A DNA stretch of 24,255 nt from the NCBI GenBank assembly GCA_003344405.1, contig NOWV01000256.1, positions 62,001-86,255 on the forward strand. The letters are read 5' to 3'. The notes below the pieces were generated by a model. The model saw only the letters and a list, made by a program, of their open reading frames with translations. It made no database searches and was not told the DNA's origin. The stretch is from Trichoplax sp. H2. Taxonomy: Eukaryota. This document shows, piece by piece, positions 10,026 through 19,512 of the stretch (positions within the stretch are counted from its first letter, which is position 1; the number at the start of each line of letters is the position of its first letter). Made by a program: the position numbers and the translations under genes.

Positions 10026-13000
10026 TTATAGTACAGAATTTAAAGTAAGTCACACATTAAACATAAATTTTTAAACCGCAAAAAACTTAATTATATTTTT
10101 AAATAAGGCAAATCGATAGCTTTGACGTTTGTATGAGTTACATTTATTGGTACAGTATTTGAAAAAACTGGAACATAAATTATTATCTCTTAAAAATTGA
10201 ATTCCGTAAAGTATTTTCTAAACTTCATGCTAATTCAGATATAAATAAAGGGAATTTACTGTTGTAACTAAAGGATGAAATTAAAATATATACAGAGAAA
10301 AAAATCATAGAAATTATTGAGTTATTGATCAAATTAGACGAAACCGAAATTAAAATTCAATCGAAAATAGGTCAGTTTACTTTAAAGTAGAGTTAAAAAT
10401 GCAATAGTTATCAATAAAAAGATATTATGAACCTATTTACCTATAAAAATATCTACAGCTCCATAATTGACACCATTATTAAGAAATACCAAATAATGTT
10501 ATTGAATAAATAAGATATTAGTTGAAGAATGTACATAAATATATCACTGCGCGACAATTAGCTCTTGTTTCATGCAAGATTTGTTTTGTTGGTTACTATA
10601 AAATAATCCTACAAAGAAAATCAATAGATAAATTCTATCAATACCAAGTCATGCAAAGCTAATGGAAATTATAGAGATACAGTTCAAAATTTTCTGAAAT
10701 CTGATCTTCATTACTTATATCATTTTATCCTCAAACCTTACGAAACATTCGTGATAAATATTAATTGATAATATTCTACCTTTATCTTTATTGCATAATT
10801 TTTATTTCATAATATTTCAAAGATATCGGTAAGTTTTATTGTAGTGCTATTGACGGAAGAAACATGAAACAATCAATTTTTACTATTAAGGCGCTGAATT
10901 ATCATTTAATTAAGAATGAAATTTGTTAAACAATTCATAATTCAATTTAAGAGTAGCAACTGGTGAAATTTTATGTTTTTAGCGATTGCTATCATATTTG
11001 TTTAGCACATAATTTCGTAATCAATATTATCCTGATTTACTAATTTGTATATTTTAATTAGTGTTCTATAATGAAAGAAACCATTGTCAATTACTTTGAC
11101 AGTTTCCTTGTGTTAAGCTTATCCTATCAGTTTGCAAAATTACAGGTGCTGTGGTGTTGCCTTGCCATTAGGATAATTTAATAAGTACAGTAGTAGCTAG
11201 TATGGAGAATATCCATATTTGTAGTGCTAGGTACGATAAGTAAAGCCTTAACATGAATGTTGTTTGTGATAGTTCGTCAAATATTTGATACTGATTGTTA
11301 TTGTGTTATAGATAGCAGTAAGATGATTCAAGTGCTAGTTGATGATAGTTGAATTAGACAACCTACGAGCTTAGATTAAGATTAAGTATGAGTAAGAGAT
11401 TCAAACTATTTACTGATAGAAAAGCTATTTAAGGAGCATCTCAGTCGAATTGTTCCTCCTGGTAAGGCATAATAATAATACTGTTGTTTAAGAATTAGAC
11501 GGTTCCTATATAAACGGGAACACTTGAGTTGAGTGGGGTGGTAAAAAATTGTAGATGTATCTTTGCTAATAAAAGTTTCATCTTTACAGTATTTTGCTGT
11601 GTGTATTTAAAGTCAAATAAAAGGGCGTTTAAGTCAGTAGCTACTAATAGACTTTTACTGTACGTTAACTTGTTGCAGAAGTCAAATTGTGACAACAGGT
11701 AACTGTCATAATTTTCTAATCCTGCCCTGCAATAATACGATTACTACGTGATTGCATTAAGAATAGCGGAATTGAATTCTTGCAGAATAGGATACCGTAC
11801 TTAGTATTTATTCTTTACAGTTTTTCTAGAAATGAATAGAAAATCTCTTATTAGTTTACTATTATGAATCGAATCTGGACATATTGTTGCCCGTACTTTG
11901 CCTTTTTTTAAATTATAATTAGATAATTTTTATGTTTAATACATTCTAACCGGCTCAATCTCAGCTTTCTTAATGCCTAACAACCTAATGGCCTTATAAT
12001 TGCTATACATTAATGCACAATTGCTATAATTTTTCTTTCAAGTTGAAAAATTAAATATTTTTTATTGTCTTTTGCCCTCAATTGAAATCGATCTGCTTAA
12101 TGCAAACGCTACAGCGTTAGAAACCTCTCTAAATGGAAGACAAGCTTATAAGTTGCCTACAGGCATCTTAAAAATACTGCCCAGAGGAAAAGAAATAAAA
12201 CAGATTTTGATGTCTCTTTTTTGGCCTTAACTGAGCTTGATGACGTAGTTAATATAATTAAAAACCTCTAATGTTGCATTAATTCAGCAAAGTAACTGCT
12301 ACGGAGTAACTATTGTGTAGCTACGTTAACATAGATTCCAAAAGATATCTTATTTAGGAATATATTTATGTAGTGTTATCTATGACGTTTTACACATTTT
12401 AACAGAGATCTTAGATACATTCAGATAAAACTGACATTAGATTTTTTGTAAGTAGTTTCTGCTTTAGTTTAACTCTTTTCTCGATACAAATTTCGAATTA
12501 TAACAGTAACATTTAAAGTTTATCTTATAAATATATCATCGTATGCTGCAAGCTGTGTCTTAGTATTACTCTAAATAGTGCAAAGTCAGCAGCTATGCAC
12601 ATATTTCTACTTCATAGATCAAGGTAACAAATTTTTCATCGCCTAGACCGGAAGCTAATCTATTAAGTGCTTAATTTTAAGTTCAACTTAATCTCCCTCG
12701 ATGTTACATCTTTAACGTCTAGTCATGAATGCAATTTTCTTCAATAATGTGATACACTATTATAAACTTTGAATATGGATCTATAAAAAATTGATGCTCT
12801 TTAATCAAACTATACATTGCGCGAGTAAATTGGATATTAAGTACAACTTATAACAACTGCGAATTTTTCATTGAAACCTTAAACAGTAGGCATTCATATT
12901 AGCTAGTACAATAAATTTAAAGCGCAAAAGACGTCATTTATGATTATGGTATAGCAAATTTACCGGAATTTATAAGAAAGAATCGTCAATACTTCTGTGA

Positions 13001-14480
13001 TAAGCTAAATAAAGTTTCTTGACATGTCATTACTGGCTTAATATTTTGAATTTTCGTAATAAACTTCAACTGGCTACATAATTTTTCATCAAGAAGCTGA
13101 ATTTATCCAATTCTGTTCATCAACGCATTTTAATTTCATAAATAAGTTCTAACACTGATGCTCGCCTGTCCACAGCACATCCACTAATTTCTTTAGCAGA
13201 TTTAATAATAGTATAGCGACAAAGCTTATCCTGTAGGTGAGATCATTTCGAAAAGGCGCCCAATGCATTACTTTTCTAGTATTACTAGAAAGGCATGAGC
13301 GTATAAAACAATGAAAAGGTCTTCTAAAAAATTGATCGTAAGGCTTATATATACGCGAGATAAAGAGTCATAAAAATTTTGCTATTGTACACAAGCTTGA
13401 TTCGTCTAACAATGCTAGGGACTAAGGTATCTACCTTTAGCCTACAACTGTCTAACTGTTTACAATAAAATCTACGATTTATATACCATTTTTTGGCTAT
13501 ATCACGTTGTGGTATACTACTATATGAAGCAATTCTGCTCATGCTGCGGTAGTTTTTGACTAGCAGCTGAATACTATTTCATTGTCGATCACAGTTGGTG
13601 CCATGCATTCAAATTTCTCTCTTTGTGACGCATATTCATTTTTTGATAATATTGTTACATATTAGCTTTCAATAGTAGCTTTTATTACAAAGGGATAAGA
13701 ATAATGGTAAATGTCTGAAATCCACATGCTTTATTTTACTGATGGGGTACAACTAATGATCGATGGCTAAAATCAAGAAAATAGGTAAAGAAACCAAAAA
13801 AAATAGTGAATAATATCAATGAGATTCGTGCACGCGATGTTATTCCAAGCAATGCTAATACCTAAGGCGTGCAACCTCAAATGCTTGCTTACGGTGTAAA
13901 ATATTTTACTACGTGTATAGCATATTATCCTGAGATGCGGTCATCATTTAATTACTAATTTGACATATAATACAATATCAAATTTTGCTTGCGAATCAAA
14001 GAAAATTTTAGTGGCATATTGTTGTTTATTAAACTATTAATCTAAAATTCATGACAATATTCAAACTCCCGTACTGTTAATAATGACTGTAATATTTTCT
14101 TAAAAGTTATTCTTCGACATATAAAAGCTGTAAATGAACGTATCACCATATTAATGGCAAATTAAAAAAATTAAAGACCAAAACTATCTTTTGAAACTTG
14201 CGGCTATATTTTACCATGCTAACTAACCAAATTATGTTTAATGAACATCAGCCATAAATAGAGCAACCAAAATACTGCTTAAATACTTTTGTATTACAAT
14301 TCATATTTATAACACATATGATCGTAATAACAAGATTTGAAATGGCAGAGAAGTTTTGGTCATTAAATCTTTTATTACATGACAAACGTAGAAATAAATA
14401 CTAATAACAAGTAAAGGCTTTATTACATCAACACATCTTCCCAGATATAAATCGAAATTGTAATGACTTAATATAATTTA
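10026..14480 (+). repeat. 4.5-kb duplicated block, copy 2
   Basis: Direct-orientation match to 4614-9132; continues into unique sequence and the 3' end of the GPCR. Confidence 0.97.
11147..11694 (+). mobile_element. Solo LTR, 548 bp, 5-bp TSD ACAGG (same insertion as 5733-6281, in the other copy of the locus)
   Basis: ACAGG (11142-11146) | TGCTGTGG...TTGTGACA | ACAGG (11695-11699). TATATAAA at 11507-11514, AATAAA at 11568-11573. Confidence 0.75.
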
Positions 14481-14966
14481 CATTGAAATTTACGTCTTGT
14501 AAAGCTTCATTCGTAGCAAGCTTGAACAATTAAATTTATAAACATATCCAATCACTAATAAACGTGGAACTTTCAGATAATTATAATATCAACTGAGGCA
14601 CTTACTTTAAGTATCTTCAATATGCACATTCAGAATAAAAATACTTAACCAACTTTTTTGCAATATGATGTATACTGTGTAATTACTACTTGAATATGAA
14701 ATTGCCATAGATATTAAATTACTATATACAATTAAAATGTAATTGCTTTAACCAAAGTATATAATGTTTATATAGAATCAGATTCTCTATAATTCGAAAA
14801 TCACAATAAATGTTATATTAACAACATTTTCAAAAATTGCCAAATTTCTTACTTCAAAGGCAATATAAATTTTGTAATGAGTTGTAATTTAATCTAATGA
14901 AATTAGTTGCATGTTGGACCACTGGGTAGCAATGTTACTGCCAATTGTAGTGTTGCAAATATTAGA

Positions 14967-14972
14967 TTTATT
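14967..14972 (-). terminator. Candidate polyadenylation signal (AATAAA) for the GPCR
   Basis: TTTATT on the plus strand, about 17 nt after the stop codon; the hexamer is frequent in AT-rich DNA. Confidence 0.25.
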
Positions 14973-14988
14973 TAGCTATACACAGTAA

Positions 14989-16038
14989 TTAAAACTTACC
15001 TTCGCTTCGTATGTTATCCAGTCGAAGAATTACGTCTATGTGCGAAACTATTAGATTAAAACTTTCTTTCCTAGTCAAATGGTTAGTACGACTTCGATGA
15101 CGGCAAATATTGGCTATCTTTCCCATAACGGACATGATTAATGACTTATACTCATTTTTTAATATTTCGTTTGTCATAGCATAAATGTAAGGATTCATAG
15201 CTGCATTACAGTAAGCTAACATAAGTATGATCACCTCCATATACCTATTAACTTCACATTGCCTATCATAAATAATAAGCATAAAAGTGGTAGTAGTAGT
15301 AGTAGCTGCAAGAGGCAACCAACACAAAACATTCGTTCCAACGATCAGAAAGGTAGTCCTAACTGATTTTTTAATACTTCCTAACCCGTTAATTTGAGAG
15401 TTTGATTTATTATAAGCCACATAGAAAATAATCAAATAGCAACAAAAAATTGTGATAATAACTGCATCAGTACCAATTGCTAAAGATACCAGGATAATGT
15501 AGTTTTCCCAGTTTGCCGATAATGGCAACCAACATAAATTTCGTAATCGATATCTGCCAAAGCCATAACTGGATAACGGCAATAATGGCAAAACTGCCAG
15601 AGGTATAGATATTACATAAGCACAAATGATGAGAAAAGTGTATCGCCATATACTTAAATTTGCTAAATATACATAAGGATTCACGACGGCGATGCATCTA
15701 TCAATCGTAATAGCAGCTGACATTAGTAATGATACACCATTAAAGTAGGTAATGATAAAACCTGAAGCTTGGCATAGTGAGTATCCATATTGGTGTAATG
15801 ATGTGATTATTAAACAAGGCAAAGCAATACCTCCAATACATAAATCTATGATATTTAACGAAATTAGTAAGATGTTTTTAGTATCTCGCAGGCTCGGTCT
15901 GCGAGAAATAACGGTCAAGTTTAGAACATTACCGAATACAGAAAGTATACAAATTGAGACTAAAATAGGAATATAAAACTCATATTCTACGTTTTGAAGA
16001 GTATGGTGACTTTCATTAAGATAAGAAGAGTTATTCAT
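14989..16038 (-). CDS. Rhodopsin-like (class A) G-protein-coupled receptor, orphan, 349 aa, intronless CDS
   Basis: Uninterrupted ATG-to-TAA ORF with seven hydrophobic segments and class A motifs in the right order: N-terminal N-glycosylation sequons (MNNSS, NES), TM1 GN, TM2 LxxxD...P (SLNIIDLCIGGIALP), Cys at the top of TM3 plus an ECL2 Cys, DRC (DRY variant), TM5 CY, TM6 CWLP, TM7 NPYIY and a helix-8-like segment (TNEILKNEY). Confidence 0.96.
   Translation of the reverse strand: MNNSSYLNESHHTLQNVEYEFYIPILVSICILSVFGNVLNLTVISRRPSLRDTKNILLISLNIIDLCIGGIALPCLIITSLHQYGYSLCQASGFIITYFNGVSLLMSAAITIDRCIAVVNPYVYLANLSIWRYTFLIICAYVISIPLAVLPLLPLSSYGFGRYRLRNLCWLPLSANWENYIILVSLAIGTDAVIITIFCCYLIIFYVAYNKSNSQINGLGSIKKSVRTTFLIVGTNVLCWLPLAATTTTTTFMLIIYDRQCEVNRYMEVIILMLAYCNAAMNPYIYAMTNEILKNEYKSLIMSVMGKIANICRHRSRTNHLTRKESFNLIVSHIDVILRLDNIRSEGKF
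15286..15303 (-). repeat. Coding trinucleotide repeat (ACT)4-ACC-ACT giving Thr6 in GPCR TM6
   Basis: Plus strand reads AGT GGT AGT AGT AGT AGT; translation CWLPLAATTTTTTFMLII. Confidence 0.9.
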
Positions 16039-18644
16039 AGCTGGAAACTTTATTTTTTGATCATGATAGAAGCGATTTCAAATTTTAGATTAATGCATTT
16101 CAATAATTAAGGATATGTTATAGAAATGAATTGAATAAACCCTGTACTAAAATGACGGCTCATTCGTAAGTTCAATGGGTCTTCATACAACCAGTTCAGA
16201 ATTTGCAAACACTTTTAAAAATTTATCAAATTAAACAATAAAATTAAACAATAAGTTCTCGAGGCAAATAACTAGCAAAAATAATATCATTGTCTGCTTT
16301 CATTTCATTTAATATTATTAATGATTTTGACGGCGTTGCTATAGTGATGCAATAAACTGGATCAGGAATGTAATAAATTGCGGCTTTGGCATATATAGTG
16401 AGGTACCCTATTAATTTAACTACATTAAGAGCTATGGTGGATATAGTTGAGTTTTTAAGAATAAATATTATATTGATACTAACATTCGACGATTGGTAAT
16501 TACTAAATCATAAATTGTTAATTACAAATATTAGCCGGTTAGCTAGGTATGATAAATATATCCACGTGACCAAATGCACAGCTTTCATAAATATGCTTAG
16601 CAGCTTACAGTTTTGAACATTAATAAAATAGTAATCATATTTCAAGCCGACTGATTTATTATTTAAAACACATCGATGATCTATTTGAAGAAAAGTCTTC
16701 CGTTGATGAGTCAGGCCTGATTAAAAGCAAATATTTTACTCTAAATGGATTAAACGAAATGCATTTAAAAGCTGTAGAGATGAGCTTGAAGTTATTTTCA
16801 CTCTTTGGAGCGTAAGATACTTTAAATTAGATTCCTGTTCTAATTAGCCATGGCTCTACTATTCTTAAACTCTATAGCAAAAGCCTTTTCTTAGTTCTAT
16901 GTTTATTAAGACAATTATTTTTGTATGATAATTTCATTACAGCATGTCATCTTGAATAAACATTTATTTAATCATCTTCAGTTAGTATTCAATAAACTTA
17001 CAGGTATTTGCATAAAATTTATAGTTCCGCAAAGGACAGGGTGTCATTGCCTCTAGACTTTTTTTCGTATAAGAGCAACCTGTATTGATTTCATCTGATT
17101 TCATAAAATACCTTACATTGCTTGAATTGAATACAATTAAGTTAAAGTTTTCTATTAACATCTAATAATACTTCAAAAGCATTGCAGCAACGTAAAGTAT
17201 AGCATAAATTACACTAGTGCTAAATAGGAGCGGTATAAGGTCCTATGCCGTATTGCTTATTATTAAGTAGTGGTAACGTTTGAAAGATGAATATAAACGA
17301 TGTACGGAAACGAATTAATAAGTAATAATTATTTATGATTAATGTATTAATCAATTCTGGAAGATAATAATTGAATAAAGAAACAAATGTATATTAATAA
17401 GGCTCAATTAAGCATTCTCCATACGTAAAAATTGTAGAAAATAAAAAATACATGTAGTTTAGGCTGCCTGAATCATCCATTAAAAATTACCATTTTTCTT
17501 AAAGTTAAGCACTTGATTAAATTTTTTTACATTTGAACGATAGCAATAATATAGCAAACTGAGGCATTTGTATCAAAATATGGTAAATTGAAGTTACATC
17601 TTTAAATAATTACATTTCAAAAAGCCAAATTGAAAGTTTGTAATTTATTCTCTTTCTTGACACTGTTGTAAAATAAATTGAGCAAGTCCTAGCGATTTCA
17701 TCTTTTCAATTTTCAAAAATTGTGATCGCATGTTTATCCAACAAATCAATTCTATAGTAACTAAAGACACAAAATAATTTTTAACTGATATAAACCGAAC
17801 TCCGTTTCTCAACATTGAGTAAAATTCACATGTTGTGCACATGCATTTATTCAACTAGTCTACAAAAGTAGTGTAATTTCAACGACCAGGATATACTGGT
17901 ACATTTTTATATACATCTCCTATAAATACATGACAGTATATCGTGTAACTGAAGAAAAATATATTAAATTTCAGAGATTAAATAATTAGTTGGTAGATTT
18001 GTAACAAGAAAATATTTCAGCATATTTACTAACTTGACCCTTTTTTTCTGCAATAAATCTTGCAAAAGGATACCTCATGTATCCAGTTATACATCTTTGC
18101 TAAATGTTGACAACTATTAGACAGTTTTCTGGCCAAATCAAAAGAAAGTAATCCGAATATAATAGCATTCATCTGAGACTTTTTACATTAGAAACTGCAT
18201 AATGTAACAGTATTGCCATTACCAATCGATATTTTATCATAATATCGCCTTGCTCATTTGCTTAATCAATAATTAATCTGTTGTCTTATCCTACACAATT
18301 TAGTGAGCGAAGAATGAGTTTAATTCTGCACATTTGAATCACCGTGAACAATAAATACTAAAAGAAATTACTTTTATTTTTAAGACGGTATTCGAGAAGA
18401 CCTTTAAATACCGGATGGGAATTGTTCTATTATAATTCTAATATTTGATATCATTTCCAGAAATAATTTCCTTTTTCTTTAGTAATTATTATGACATGTA
18501 GGTTTGTACATGTAGATGCTGAAAGTTTGGCACTCATTTTAGCTAAAAGCCATTACAATGTAATCAATTTCAGTTTGTACAAATTCAGTTTCTGGGATAG
18601 TTTTTATTCATTTAGTGAATCAAGTTACGTTCTATTTAGACAAG

Positions 18645-19061
18645 TGTAATAAAGTGTCTATCGAAACGCAACGACTTCCACAACTAGAAGGAAAATCACT
18701 TTATTACAATAATTACGTCTTCTACCAAGGACTAGATTATCTATGGCTACTCTGTCTTCGGAGATAAAATCTCCTGCTTATATACAATTGTGTACAGAGT
18801 ATCTTCGTGACACATAAATCATTATCTACCTTAATAAGGCTAACATCACACCTCTAGCGTACCTGCAGGTGCCAAGCAGTATGACTAATACCTTTTACAA
18901 TCCGTATTGCAATTACTAATACAAATCCTCACATATTTAATCTCACTCTACGATCTAGCACCTATACAAGTGTATCTATCTTAATTAGCCTAGTAATTAC
19001 GTCATGCACGATATTCACACATACTGTATATAATCTTAAGCTATATTTGGGCTGCACTACA
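18645..19061 (-). mobile_element. Solo LTR, 417 bp, 5-bp TSD ACAAG
   Basis: ACAAG (18640-18644) | TGTAAT...CACTACA | ACAAG (19062-19066). On the minus strand it reads TGTAGT...ATTACA with TATATAA (18784-18778) upstream of AATAAA (18705-18700). Confidence 0.72.
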
Positions 19062-19143
19062 ACAAGATAAGATAAAGATTTAAATTTAAGAAATTGTAAG
19101 AATAAACAAACCTTGAAACCCTATTAGTTGATATATACGTTAC

Positions 19144-19512
19144 TGTCATACACCACTAGTGACAAGGTAGTCTACACACGCCAATCCTTGCAGAGAACCC
19201 CACTTACTAACTTAAAGAGGCGAGATTAGCTATATCACCAAATAAATAATTCAGGTCCAACGACGGAATACTATGATATAATTATAGCGTCACAGATAGT
19301 GCAGACGAGATAGTCAGAGATTTACTATCATTTATTACTGAAGGAATCTTGGCATCCAAGATTATAGTCTTTGCAATTAAATTGCAATTGATAAACTAGT
19401 TGACTATTTAACCGACTAATTAACTAAAAAAGGAATCTTCAGGCACCAGCCTTTTATAGTCTCGTCAGAAACTCCCGGTGCACATAAACAAAACTATCCT
19501 TTTAAAGTAACA
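19144..19512 (-). mobile_element. Solo LTR, 369 bp, 5-bp TSD GTTAC
   Basis: GTTAC (19139-19143) | TGTCATAC...AAGTAACA | GTTAC (19513-19517). Minus-strand TATAAAAG (19458-19451) then AATAAA (19336-19331). Locally more GC-rich than its flanks. Orientation is less certain than the boundaries. Confidence 0.62.

Noticed and set aside
11495..11695. 66-aa minus-strand ORF
   Set aside because: TTG start, antisense to an LTR end, and not called in the other copy of the locus.
4614..14480. The two 4.5-kb blocks as LTRs of a giant element or a real tandem duplication
   Set aside because: No TG...CA ends or internal coding region; copy 1 stops at a contig end; the contig overlap and empty site explain the layout more simply.
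15467..15976. ORFs 15467-15697 (-) and 15752-15976 (+)
   Set aside because: Alternative-frame and antisense shadows of the GPCR CDS.
14989..16038. Opsin or biogenic-amine receptor assignment and gene symbol
   Set aside because: No Lys at 7.43 and no Asp at 3.32; orthology cannot be established from sequence alone.
17645..17854. 69-aa minus-strand ORF
   Set aside because: No recognisable motif; length compatible with chance.
18203..18708. Alternative plus-strand solo LTR (ATAA | TGTAAC...TTACA | ATAA)
   Set aside because: Overlaps the better-supported 18645-19061 call, which has a 5-bp TSD and correct TATA/polyA order. ATAA is low-complexity, and the apparent end is one arm of an internal inverted repeat.
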